Origin: Trueperaceae bacterium
GTDB lineage: Bacteria > Deinococcota > Deinococci > Deinococcales > Trueperaceae
Assembly (NCBI GenBank): GCA_965215565.1
Contig: CBDCDZ010000004.1
Location: 1,216,001-1,280,000, forward strand
Direction of reading: 5' to 3'
DNA: 64,000 nt
Within the stretch, counting starts at the first letter, position 1. Each line of letters opens with the position of its first letter. Shown piece by piece: positions 48,615-58,480 of this stretch. Position numbers and translations under genes: made by a program. The notes under the pieces are model-generated. The model was given only the letters and a program-made list of their open reading frames with translations, made no database searches and was not told where the DNA came from.

Positions 48615-49997
48615 ATGATTTTAGAAACCGTCAAGTCCGATGGGCTCGCGCACCTCTCTTACCTTTTAGGGGACGACGGCGCGGGCGTCTGCGCGGTGAT
48701 CGACCCGCGCCGCGACGTCGAGGTTTACTTAGGGCTGGCCCAGCACCATCAGCTCCGCATCACACACGTTTTAGAGACTCACATCCACGCCGACTTCGTC
48801 TCAGGGAGTCGCGAGCTGGCCGCACGGACAGGCGCAACTATTTATGGGGGAGAAGGCGACTACGGCTTCGAGATAGAGGCGCTAAAAGAGGGCGACACGC
48901 TCTCTGTTGACCCCTTTACCCTCGAGGTGCTGCACACGCCGGGGCACTCCCCGGAGCACATCTCTTTCGTGGTGCGCGGCGGTAAAGGAGCGGAGGAACC
49001 CTGGGCTCTGTTCACAGGCGACACGCTTTTCGCCAGCGAGGTGGGGCGACCTGATCTCGCCACCGGTGAAAGCAAGGAGGAGCTAGCCCGCGACCTCTAC
49101 AGCTCGCTCGAGAAGTTGCTCGGCCTGCCGGAGACGCTCGAGGTCTATCCCGCCCACGGCGAGGGCTCACCCTGCGGCGGCAGCATCGGGGTGAGAGACC
49201 GCACAACCTTGGGGTATGAAAGGGCGCATAACGCCAAGCTGCAACTTGGTAGCGAGGCCGAATTTACCAAACAGGTCTTGGCGGAGCTGTCGCCGGAGCC
49301 GCGCTACTACCCCCGGATGAAAAGGCTGAATACCCAGGGTCCCGAACCGCTAGGCCCGCGCCCCCACCTGAGCGCCTTGTCGCCGGACCGGGTGGACGAC
49401 CTGCGACGGCGAGAGGACGTATTGCTCCTCGACACCCGCGAGATCGACGCCTTCGCGGGAGCGCACATTGAAGGCAGCCTCAATATCGCGCTGCGCTCGT
49501 CCTTCCCCATCTGGTGCGGCTGGATGCTGGACTCGGAGCAGCGCCTGGTGCTCATCAGTGAGGACGGCGCGGCGGCAGCACAGGCGCAAACCCACCTGCT
49601 GAGCACCGGTTTCGATAAGGTCATAGGTTACTTGCGGGGCGGGATGCGTACCTGGAGCGAAGCGGGGCGCGAGTTTGCAACGTCCGGGCGTATGAGCGTC
49701 CACGACTTGAACGCTAAGGTGGTAGCGGACAACGTCGGTCAGCTCCTCGACGTGCGGCGCGAGGACGAGTGGCAGGCGGGTTTCATCCCCGGCGCACAGC
49801 ACATTTTCCGGCCCTTTCTGGACGATCATCTGGGGACGTTGGACAAGGAGAGACCGGTGACGGTCTACTGCGGCAGCGGCTACCGGGCGAGTATCGCGGT
49901 GAGTCTGCTTGAACAACGCGGTTTTGGAAAAGTGACGAACGTTCTAGGGAGCATGAAAGCGTGGCGGGCGGCGGGCTTCGGTACGGTGAAGGAGTAG
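48615..49997 (+). CDS. MBL-fold persulfide dioxygenase-like protein with two rhodanese domains
   Basis: THIHADF, HTPGHSPEH, FTGD, YCGSGYR. Confidence 0.93.
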   Translation: MILETVKSDGLAHLSYLLGDDGAGVCAVIDPRRDVEVYLGLAQHHQLRITHVLETHIHADFVSGSRELAARTGATIYGGEGDYGFEIEALKEGDTLSVDPFTLEVLHTPGHSPEHISFVVRGGKGAEEPWALFTGDTLFASEVGRPDLATGESKEELARDLYSSLEKLLGLPETLEVYPAHGEGSPCGGSIGVRDRTTLGYERAHNAKLQLGSEAEFTKQVLAELSPEPRYYPRMKRLNTQGPEPLGPRPHLSALSPDRVDDLRRREDVLLLDTREIDAFAGAHIEGSLNIALRSSFPIWCGWMLDSEQRLVLISEDGAAAAQAQTHLLSTGFDKVIGYLRGGMRTWSEAGREFATSGRMSVHDLNAKVVADNVGQLLDVRREDEWQAGFIPGAQHIFRPFLDDHLGTLDKERPVTVYCGSGYRASIAVSLLEQRGFGKVTNVLGSMKAWRAAGFGTVKE

Positions 49998-50114
49998 AGT
50001 CTGCCTTGTGCGAGACGTGGAAAAGACGTACGCGCACGTCTGACAGAGAGTTGAGACAGATGCACCTCTTTGATAGCTTTCAAAAACCCACGTGGCTTAG
50101 GTAGGAGGGACGAA

Positions 50115-50471
50115 GTGACTGAAATTGTAAGACCAGCAGCAGAGTGGTGCGCGGCGGCTATTGAGGCGCTCGGCGTCGGCATCATCACCGTGCTCTCGCT
50201 CTACGCACTCGCCCTAGCGGTGGTGCAGCTCATCAAGCGAACCGACGCCGAGACGATCTTCCACGAGGCCCGGCAGCGCCTCGCCCGCAGCATCTTGCTC
50301 GGTTTAGAGTTCTTAGTCGCGGCCGATATTGTCCATACGGTGGCAGTCGAGCTGAACTTCAGTACCGTAGGGGTACTGGCTATTATCGTACTGATCCGCA
50401 CCTTTCTCAGTTTTACGCTGGAGCTGGAGTTAACCGGCCGCTGGCCCTGGCAGGACGAGCGGCAGACCTAG
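50115..50471 (+). CDS. DUF1622 membrane protein
   Basis: ILLGLEFLVAADIV.TV, IRTFLSFTL; GGAGG RBS before a GTG. Confidence 0.85.
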   Translation: MTEIVRPAAEWCAAAIEALGVGIITVLSLYALALAVVQLIKRTDAETIFHEARQRLARSILLGLEFLVAADIVHTVAVELNFSTVGVLAIIVLIRTFLSFTLELELTGRWPWQDERQT

Positions 50472-50929
50472 CTTGTGACGTGCCGCCGGTGCGAAGGCCC
50501 ACTCACAAGCCGAAGCGTTCGTCTGGCGTTCAGGAAGTTTGCTTGCTAGCCCCGCCGTCAAGCAGTAGGGGAAGCCCCTAAGCTGGGAACACGCTCAACC
50601 CATCAAGGCTGTACGCTTACAAGTCCGGTACACCTCAGACGCCCAGGCGACTCATGCGCTCAGTCTTGACGGGGGCGGTTCGACCCAAATGTTTTGGGCT
50701 CGGGCGCTGTCTTCTCGGGCGCTGACACGAGACGACGAACGGTCACGTCATATGACCGGCTTGTACCCAACGCTTTACTGCTGAGATGAGGGCCTCATAT
50801 ACACAGCAGGATAAGAAGTCTAATGCGGTTAACGCGCGCGTCTGTTGCACAGAAGCAGAAAGGCTCAAAATAGCTTTGAGCCCGCGATACGTTGAGGTTT
50901 ACTCGACATAGTACCGTCAAATTCCAAGT

Positions 50930-52714
50930 TCACTCGCGACCGCTACGCGCTGTTTCCTGCACCTCGAGGAGGAGGCTACTTAGCGCCTCAGCAAGCACCT
51001 CAGGGTGATCCTCGGGCGTGAAATGCTTGCCTCCCTCGATACGCTGGAGAGTCGTCCCTAGGTCACGCGCGAACCGCTCACCGTAGCGGACCTTCTGGAA
51101 CTGGTCGGCTGCGCCCCAGACCACCCTGGCAGGGACACGCAGTTGGGACAGAGCGTCCTGCACGTTCAAGGTGTCCTTCACATCGAGTGAGCGAACTTGA
51201 CGTATAAACGCTTCTCCTGCATCCTGGCGTGCATAGTGTTGCCAGTGAACCGCAAACGCCTCCCGCGCCTCCGCTACGTCATCATGCCCAAGGCGAAAGA
51301 GCAACCAGTGTATCAGCTTAACAGCGGGGTTCGGCAGTCGGCGGATAAGACCGCCTAAAGCCCGAATAGCCTCCACCTCCGGGATAGGCCAAGAGTCGTA
51401 GCCGATGGCGTTGGTGAGCATGAGCCCCGCGCACCGCTCTGGATGGCGGACAGCCAAGTTTTGAACTACACCTCCGCCCAAATCGTGCCCGACCAGCACA
51501 GCGCGTTCTATAGCGAGGTGATTCAGCCAAGCGGCGAGGTAGTCCGCTTGCTTCGCAACCGAGATGTCGCGACCCTCTCCCTCAGATATAGATTTTCCGT
51601 AACCAATCATCTCCCACGCTAAGGTGCGGGCACCAAGGCGCGGCATCACCTCTCGCCACAGCTCGGGGGAGGTAGGAATGCCGTGTACAAATACCACTGG
51701 CCGACCCTGCCCGTGCTCGAGCCAGCGCATCCTGATACCATCAATCACAGCAGTTCTTTCGGCGAGGGCAGTTACTTCGGTATGACGTGCACTATCCGGC
51801 GAACGCAGCACTGCTCTGATGAGCGCTGCAGCAGCTATCCCTAGAACAGCCGTCAGCACCCCCCAAGCGACCCGCCTCGGCAGCGGGTCGGGTACAGGCG
51901 GTGGTAACGCCACGCCCCCCCGTGCGTCGGTGCGGGCTGGGCTGTGGGCGTAACGTCCCCGTTGCGGCGGCGAGAAGTTGGCGGCAAAGTGCCTTAGCCG
52001 CGTCGCCAACTCAGGTCCAGACAAGGACCTGCCGTGACCCGCCGCGAGGGTAAAGGGCTCGAGTTCAGCGAGGCTCGAGACCGAACGTCGAGCTGCGACC
52101 CAGTCAGGCGTAAAGGGCGTAGGCGGGCGGCTCAGCTCGCGCGCGTGTGTAAGCTGGGATGTCCAAGAATCCAGGTTCATCGTAGCGAGCGCGTCGCCCG
52201 CGATGAGGGTCCGGTCCGCCTCGCGCCACAAGGACACATGACCGGGTGTGTGACCCGGCGTGTGAACCGCACGCCACCCCGGTAGCCCCGGTACGCTGCC
52301 GTTCGTCGGGAGGGGCTGCACCCGAACACCGAAATCGTAACCGCGGTGCGGGAAGGCTCGAGACATCATCGCGAGTGCGCCGCCCACGGTCGGGTCTTGC
52401 GGCGGGTAGTCCGACGCGCCTGTCAAGTAGGACAGCTCGAGCAAATGTGCGTAGATAGGAACGTCCCAGGTCCTGGCTAACTCGAGCGCCGTGCCCGCGT
52501 GGTCAAAGTGTCCATGGGTGAGCACGATGGCTTCAGGCTTAGCGCTCTGACCGTAGCGCTCTTCAGCCGCCTTGCGAAGATAGCGCTCTGAGTCGGGCAG
52601 CCCCGTATCGACCAAGACCCAGCCCCCCTGCGGCGCACCAACCAGATAAGCGTTGACAAAGACTATGGGCACGCGCACGACGCCCGGCGCGACCGGTTCT
52701 GTTCTGACGTTCAT
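50930..52714 (-). CDS. Fusion of an MBL-fold hydrolase, a TM helix and an alpha/beta hydrolase
   Basis: THGHFDH, HTPGHTPGH; then HGIP, GHDLGGG, GKHF. Confidence 0.85.
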   Translation of the reverse strand: MNVRTEPVAPGVVRVPIVFVNAYLVGAPQGGWVLVDTGLPDSERYLRKAAEERYGQSAKPEAIVLTHGHFDHAGTALELARTWDVPIYAHLLELSYLTGASDYPPQDPTVGGALAMMSRAFPHRGYDFGVRVQPLPTNGSVPGLPGWRAVHTPGHTPGHVSLWREADRTLIAGDALATMNLDSWTSQLTHARELSRPPTPFTPDWVAARRSVSSLAELEPFTLAAGHGRSLSGPELATRLRHFAANFSPPQRGRYAHSPARTDARGGVALPPPVPDPLPRRVAWGVLTAVLGIAAAALIRAVLRSPDSARHTEVTALAERTAVIDGIRMRWLEHGQGRPVVFVHGIPTSPELWREVMPRLGARTLAWEMIGYGKSISEGEGRDISVAKQADYLAAWLNHLAIERAVLVGHDLGGGVVQNLAVRHPERCAGLMLTNAIGYDSWPIPEVEAIRALGGLIRRLPNPAVKLIHWLLFRLGHDDVAEAREAFAVHWQHYARQDAGEAFIRQVRSLDVKDTLNVQDALSQLRVPARVVWGAADQFQKVRYGERFARDLGTTLQRIEGGKHFTPEDHPEVLAEALSSLLLEVQETARSGRE

Positions 52715-52807
52715 ACTCTTTCCCCCTCGAGTCAAGGGTGACACCTGAAGCGCGGTTTGGAACTTAAAACTTGTAGCTTCAGCAAAGACCCTAAGATAAC
52801 GTTGCAC

Positions 52808-52969
52808 TAGCAGGTATCATCTGGTCAGAAACGCTCTTATCTTACAAAACAATGTTTAGCACATACTTTAAGGGACGACGCCTTTGGCGTTGCCAAAACT
52901 TCCGTCTCCCGCCTTTGGCGGAAGCCTACGGAAAGCGCTCAACTGTTTCAATACGTCGTGGAACTACTA
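52808..52969 (-). repeat. MITE-like repeat copy 6
   Basis: TAGCAGGTATCATCTGG...CGTGGAACTACTA. Confidence 0.85.
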
Positions 52970-53086
52970 CACATAGCAAAGATTTATCACCATGAAGTGC
53001 GATCGAAAAAGGCGAGGCAGCCTCTAACTGCTTCGCCTCCCGTCTTTTGGTAGGAACTGAGCCGCGATACCTCCTAAAGCCGCGTT

Positions 53087-54646
53087 CTAATCGCCGCTCA
53101 CACTGATATCTCCGCGCATACTCCCCGTGTGCACACCGCAGTTGTAGCGCTGCAATTCATCCGCCAACTCAGCCGTGAGTGTAAAAATGATGTAGTCATC
53201 TTCAGTTTGGAAATTCACCGCGTCGTCGTCTTCGAAGCTGCCTGTCAGCGCATTCTGGGCGAGCAAGAGGTTCTCGTCCCCCTCGCCGTTTAGCTCGAAA
53301 GGGTGTACGTCGCTGTTGACGCCGCTCAGGTCGAACTGGTAGCGCGTGCCGACCTCGAGCTGCAACGCCGCGTTCTCCTCACCCGTCTCGGCGAAGTCGT
53401 CCGCCCCCTCAACCGAGGTCACTTGCCACGCGGTTGTCCCGACGTTAGTAAAGGTCGCGGTAACGTCCGGCTCTTCATTCTCACCGTCACCCGGTTCGCT
53501 CGGCTCTTCCGGTTCGCTCGGCTCGGCTTCACTCAGTTGAGCACGCAGCTCGCCGTCTTGGTAGTTCTCGGTGTGCACATTGATGTAGTAACCGCCCGCT
53601 CTAAAGACCGCTTGCTCGTCGGTAGAGAGCCGCTGGGTGAGTGAGAAGCTGCCGCCTTGCGCGTCGTCATCGGCGGAAACCTCTAAAGGAAAGGCAATCG
53701 GACCGTTTTCGCCCGCATCGCCTACATGGATATGTGCGGGGCTACCGTCCACGTCGTAGAGGTCGCTTGAAAGGTCGTCAAAGTCACCCGTCACGTTGAG
53801 GGTGTTGCCTTCTAAGGTCGCCGTCGCGCTGCCGCTCGCGTCCGTATCCACCGAAGGAACTTCGGAGCTGCCCGCCAGTTCGACCTCGTAGGTCACATCG
53901 TCTTCGCTCGGCTGATCGTCGCTCAGTTGCCCGCGCAGTTCGCCGCCATTAAAGGCGTCTGTATGGAAGTTGATGTAGTAGCCGCCCGCCTCGAGCGTCG
54001 CAATCTCGTCTACGGTAAGAGTTTGCTCGCCCGTAAACGAACCGCTCCGCCGCCCCTCGTCCAGTTTGACATTCAGCGCGAAGAAGATGTCGCCGTTCTT
54101 GCCCGCTTTGCCAAAATGGATGTGTGAGGGGCTGCCGTCAATGGGAAAGGGGTCGCCCTCCAAGTCGTAAAAGTTGCCGTTCACGGTGAGGGTGTCGCCG
54201 ATGAGCGTGGCGCTCGCCGTGCCGTAGGCGCTTGTCTCGATGGGCGGCACTTCGTTCTCGCCGGAGAGGACGATATTTCTGTACGTGAGCGTCTTCTCCG
54301 CTGGCTCGCCACTCTGACCGCTCACCTCGACAACTAAGGAGCGGTTGCGCGTGCCTCGGTTGTTGTTGGCGATGAGCATGTATTCGGTGGTTTCGGTCGG
54401 GTTCACGGTGACACTGCTGCGCCCTGTCACGTCGCCGATGCCCGGTAAGAGGGTGAGGGTGATGGGGCTCGAGCCGCTCACCTGCCAGTTCAGAGTCGTG
54501 TTTTCACCCGCGCTGATGGTGCTCTCCGAGGCGGTAAAGGTCGCGATGGTGGGCGCAGTAAAGCGCGGCAGGGCGTCGCCGAGACCCAAATCGCAGGCAG
54601 TCAGTAAGAGCGTAAGTAAGACAGTACTATAGAGTGCTCGTTTCAT
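53087..54646 (-). CDS. Lipoprotein with an Ig-like domain, two CHRD domains and a C-terminal cupredoxin-like domain
   Basis: LTAC lipobox; HIH.G..G.NG and YIN.HT...GELR twice; HPF...YNCGVH...M. Confidence 0.85.
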   Translation of the reverse strand: MKRALYSTVLLTLLLTACDLGLGDALPRFTAPTIATFTASESTISAGENTTLNWQVSGSSPITLTLLPGIGDVTGRSSVTVNPTETTEYMLIANNNRGTRNRSLVVEVSGQSGEPAEKTLTYRNIVLSGENEVPPIETSAYGTASATLIGDTLTVNGNFYDLEGDPFPIDGSPSHIHFGKAGKNGDIFFALNVKLDEGRRSGSFTGEQTLTVDEIATLEAGGYYINFHTDAFNGGELRGQLSDDQPSEDDVTYEVELAGSSEVPSVDTDASGSATATLEGNTLNVTGDFDDLSSDLYDVDGSPAHIHVGDAGENGPIAFPLEVSADDDAQGGSFSLTQRLSTDEQAVFRAGGYYINVHTENYQDGELRAQLSEAEPSEPEEPSEPGDGENEEPDVTATFTNVGTTAWQVTSVEGADDFAETGEENAALQLEVGTRYQFDLSGVNSDVHPFELNGEGDENLLLAQNALTGSFEDDDAVNFQTEDDYIIFTLTAELADELQRYNCGVHTGSMRGDISVSGD

Positions 54647-54729
54647 CTTTTCTCCTTCTTGTTAGCTAGAACGAAAAAGGGGCAGAGGGCACGGGGAGGC
54701 CGTGCGCCCTCTGCCTTGCTATTTAACGT

Positions 54730-56262
54730 TTAGTCGTCGTCTTCAGCCGTTATCGTGACCGTAACCTTCGCCGTCGCGCTGTAGTCGCCGTAGTAGAAGG
54801 TGTACTCGTACTCATCTTGCGGATAGTAGGTATCTTCATTGGGCTCGTACTCGATGTAGTCGTAGTCGTCGGAGACTTCAACCTTGCCGTAGAGCGGCGC
54901 TTTGGTGACTTCTACGCGGAGTTGATCCTTGGAAACGTAGTACATGTCATTCGACAGTACGTCGGTCTCGACAGACTCACCCTGTTCGGTCTGAGCGCTG
55001 TCGTCGTTCGCTTGCGGCCTCTTGTCTTCATCAGCTTGGTTGATTTTGACCGTGACCTTAGCGGTTGCACTGTACTCGCCGTAATAGAGCGTGTACTCGT
55101 AGGAATCTTCCGGGTAGTAGGTCGAGCTAGGAGTGTAGGTGATGTACTCGTAAGAGTTGAAGACCTCTGCTTTACCGTACTGCGGAGCCTTCGTGACCTC
55201 TAAACGAATCTCGCTCTTGTCTACGTAGTATTCGTCGTTCTCGAGCACGTCCGTATTGACTGATTCACCTTGCTTGGTCTCAGCGTTGTCGTCGTTCGCC
55301 TTAGGCTCTTTCTCCTCCTCGACCTTGTTAATGACAACAGTCACGGTCGCCGTCGCGCTGTATTCGCCGTAATAGAAGGTGTACTCGAACGAATCTTCCG
55401 GGTAGTACGTCTCAGCGGGCGTATAGGTTACGTACTCGTAAGAGTTGAAAACTTCCGCCTCACCGTACTGGGGCGCTTTGGTGATTTCGATGCGAATCTC
55501 TTCTTTAGGGACGTAGTAGCTGTCGTTGGAGAGCACGTCGATGTTGATGGGCTCGCCCTGGTCGGTGGTGGCGCGGTAATCACGGGCTTCGGGCTTTTGC
55601 TCCTCACCCTGCCGGTTGATGGATATGGTGACGGTGGCGCTCACCGCGTACTCGCCATAGTAGAGCGTATATTCGTAGGAGTCTTGCGGCTGATAGTCAC
55701 CGCTCGGCATGTAGGTGATGTACTCGTAGCCGCCCACGACCTCGGTGCTGCCGTACTGCGGCGCTTTGGTGACCTCTAAGCGGACTTGGCTCTTATCGAC
55801 GTAGTACTCGTCATTGGCGAGCACGTCCGTGTTGACGGAGCTGCCCTCTTGAGTGGTGGCGGTGTCGTCAACAGCTTTGGGCTCCTCTGCGGGCTCCGGC
55901 TGCTGGTTCTCTCCGCTCACGGTGATGGTAATGCTCCGCTCGCGCGTGCCCCGGTTGTTGTTCGCGGTGAGCTTGTAGGTCGTCGTCTCGGTTGGGCTGA
56001 CCGTCACGCTGCTGCGTCCGGTTACGTCGCCGGGCTCGGGCGTGAGGGTCAGGGTGACGGGACTCGAGCCGCTCACCTGCCAGGTCAGCACGGTGCTTTC
56101 GCCAGCAGCGATGGTGTCGTCTGAGGCGGTCAAGGTCGCAATCGTCGGCGCTTCGAAGCGGGGCAAGGCGTCGCCTAAGCCCAAGTCACAAGCGGTGAGG
56201 AAGAGGAGTAGCGGAGCGAAGAAGATGCTCAGGCGTCTTGTGAGTTTCGCGTTTTGTTTCAT
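54730..56262 (-). CDS. Lipoprotein with four Tyr-rich Ig-like (Big_9/VCBS-like) repeats
   Basis: LTAC; four repeats of P.A.DD...DVL.ND...TKAPQYG...YTP...DSYEYT. Confidence 0.85.
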   Translation of the reverse strand: MKQNAKLTRRLSIFFAPLLLFLTACDLGLGDALPRFEAPTIATLTASDDTIAAGESTVLTWQVSGSSPVTLTLTPEPGDVTGRSSVTVSPTETTTYKLTANNNRGTRERSITITVSGENQQPEPAEEPKAVDDTATTQEGSSVNTDVLANDEYYVDKSQVRLEVTKAPQYGSTEVVGGYEYITYMPSGDYQPQDSYEYTLYYGEYAVSATVTISINRQGEEQKPEARDYRATTDQGEPINIDVLSNDSYYVPKEEIRIEITKAPQYGEAEVFNSYEYVTYTPAETYYPEDSFEYTFYYGEYSATATVTVVINKVEEEKEPKANDDNAETKQGESVNTDVLENDEYYVDKSEIRLEVTKAPQYGKAEVFNSYEYITYTPSSTYYPEDSYEYTLYYGEYSATAKVTVKINQADEDKRPQANDDSAQTEQGESVETDVLSNDMYYVSKDQLRVEVTKAPLYGKVEVSDDYDYIEYEPNEDTYYPQDEYEYTFYYGDYSATAKVTVTITAEDDD

Positions 56263-56332
56263 CTTTAGTCTCCCTAAGAGGATTCGAGTTGGTTGTCCGG
56301 TTTATTATCTAGACGGCAAAAGAATTTGAAGG

Positions 56333-56809
56333 TCAGTCGATCTGCCCGCGCAGCTCGCCCGCAGGGTTGCTCTGCGAGTGCAGATTGATGTAGTAAAGAC
56401 CCGCTTTGAGGTCGTCCACTTGTGCGTCGGTGAGTTCCGTGCGCAGCTTGAACGCACCCGTGCGCTTTTCGGGTTGGACGAGGTCGAGTTTGAGCAAGAT
56501 GGGTCCGTTCGTCCCCTCCGCGCCTCTATGGATGTGCGCAGGCGTGCCTGCTACAAACCTCGGATCGGAGCTGAGCTTTTTATAGGTGCCGTTGACGATG
56601 AGGCGGTTACCTTTGAGGATGACAGTCGCCCTGCCTGAAGCGTCGCTCGTGACGGCGCTGCCGTCCGCACGGACTTCGTTCTCGCTCGAGAGGTCCACCT
56701 TAAAGACGTGCGGGGCGGCGGTCGTCTCTAGCTGGGTGGTCGCAACCTCACCGCAGGCGCTGAGTACGAAAAGTAGAACAGCGCTTACGACGATGTACGG
56801 TATCTTCAT
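56333..56809 (-). CDS. CHRD-domain lipoprotein
   Basis: LSAC; AHIHRG, YYINLHS..NPAGELRGQI. Confidence 0.9.
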   Translation of the reverse strand: MKIPYIVVSAVLLFVLSACGEVATTQLETTAAPHVFKVDLSSENEVRADGSAVTSDASGRATVILKGNRLIVNGTYKKLSSDPRFVAGTPAHIHRGAEGTNGPILLKLDLVQPEKRTGAFKLRTELTDAQVDDLKAGLYYINLHSQSNPAGELRGQID

Positions 56810-57168
56810 CTTGTTTCCTTTCTGAACTAGACTTGAGGTTTTTCACAACCTGGCTTGAAGTAGCGTTCTATATGAAATTACTCATTGACATCCCCCTCTA
56901 TAAGAAGAGACGTACAGAAATGCCAACTGTATGCATCTATTGAGAAAGGGTGAAGGTGCAGCAATAAAAGGCGTGACGAATGCACGTCCGTCACGCGAAA
57001 AATCGAGTAAAACTGTGACTGAACTGAAAGGGTTAAAGTTGGAACTTGACCTTAATAAAATCTTAATGAAGTTTGAAACCTTCCCCACGAAGCAGCGTTA
57101 GTTCTGTAGGGGTACTCAGCGGTGCAAAGGGTGAAGGAACACTTCATGAATAGAGCGTCGGCACGAAA

Positions 57169-57199
57169 AAAGCACTGCGGCTTGACCGCAGTGCTTTTA
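57169..57199. terminator. Intrinsic terminator
   Basis: AAAAGCACTGCGG-cttga-CCGCAGTGCTTTT. Confidence 0.8.
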
Positions 57200-57216
57200 G
57201 CTACTAAAGAATCAGC

Positions 57217-58335
57217 TTATGGCGTGTCGGATGCAGGCAGCATCAGCAGCGACTCCGGCTTAACGACGGTGAGCGCACCCGTAGGCGCGAGGTCCACCGC
57301 GCCGGACAGCGCCAGTACGTCCTCAAAGCGCAACACCGCGTCGAGCGCCTTCTCGCCCACGTAGATGTCTGAGCCGTCGAAGGCTAAATCCGAGGGGTTG
57401 CCCAACCCTGAGTTCGGTCCGGCAATCTGCGCCTTCACCTCGGTTTCGCCGTCGGCGCTACTGGCGTTCTCGATGAAGAGGAGCTTGCCGTCCGTGTTGA
57501 AGCCTGGCTCATCGGAGTCCTTGGCGGGACCGAAGTCTGCGACAACGAGAATGTCCTCTTCCGGCAAGTAGAGGATGCCGTGTAGGTTTGCAGACGCCTG
57601 CTCACCTTTAAATGTCGGCACGATGACGCGGTCTGCGCCGCCCTGACCGCGCCCTAACAAGTAGTCGTCGAATACCAGCACGACGCCGTCCGTCATCGCC
57701 ACGAAGAGCCGACCCTGCGCCTCGTCCACCTCGACACCCCACGGCTGACGCGGCTCGCCCGCCTCAGTCTGCCCCAGATTGGTGATGTCGAAAAGGGGTG
57801 CGGCGTCGCCGCTCGCGCTCGTGTCGAAACCTTTCACTGTGCTCGTTGCGAAGTCCGCGACCACAGCCACGCCCAGATTGCCGTCCACCGCCAACCCTTT
57901 AGGCTCGTCCAAGCCCGTCCGGGGTCCGCTGATGCGCCTGTCGCGCTGGGGGTTAAAGGTCATCTCGCCCGTAGCGCGTTCCGCGAAATTCGGTATGGCT
58001 AAGATGCCGCCGGGGGCGTCCTCCGTCTCGCCTACATCGTAGCTGAGAAAGCCGGTGCCGTTATCCGCGAAGCGGAGATATTCCAGGCTCAGCACCTCCT
58101 CTAGGTTCAGCACTCCGGTAGCGACGGAGAGGTCAGGCTCAACGCTGAAGACCGCCGACACCGGGTCGGACTCGAGCACCGCGAGCGGCGGTTTGCTGAC
58201 CGCCCAGAGGGTTGACTCGCCCTGCGCCGATTCGTTCTGCGCCAAACCTACGGGTAGTGAGAGCGAAAAGCTCATCACAAGTAGCGTCTTCGAGACTTGT
58301 CCGAACAGGGACGTGAAATTTTGAGGTGGATACAT
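57217..58335 (-). CDS. Exported NHL/beta-propeller-like protein
   Basis: Signal peptide; repeated PKGLAVD, PWGVEVD, PSDLAFD. Confidence 0.75.
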   Translation of the reverse strand: MYPPQNFTSLFGQVSKTLLVMSFSLSLPVGLAQNESAQGESTLWAVSKPPLAVLESDPVSAVFSVEPDLSVATGVLNLEEVLSLEYLRFADNGTGFLSYDVGETEDAPGGILAIPNFAERATGEMTFNPQRDRRISGPRTGLDEPKGLAVDGNLGVAVVADFATSTVKGFDTSASGDAAPLFDITNLGQTEAGEPRQPWGVEVDEAQGRLFVAMTDGVVLVFDDYLLGRGQGGADRVIVPTFKGEQASANLHGILYLPEEDILVVADFGPAKDSDEPGFNTDGKLLFIENASSADGETEVKAQIAGPNSGLGNPSDLAFDGSDIYVGEKALDAVLRFEDVLALSGAVDLAPTGALTVVKPESLLMLPASDTP

Positions 58336-58480
58336 GGATTCCCCTTCTTAAACGTTTCGTTGATAGCGCCTATTCTATCCACATCTCACTGCCTTACCAA
58401 TGTATACGCACTCACGTTCCCTTCTCAATCAATCTCTCATGCAAGTTGTTCAGTCCTCTCACTTTGTGCTTTTGCCCCTG

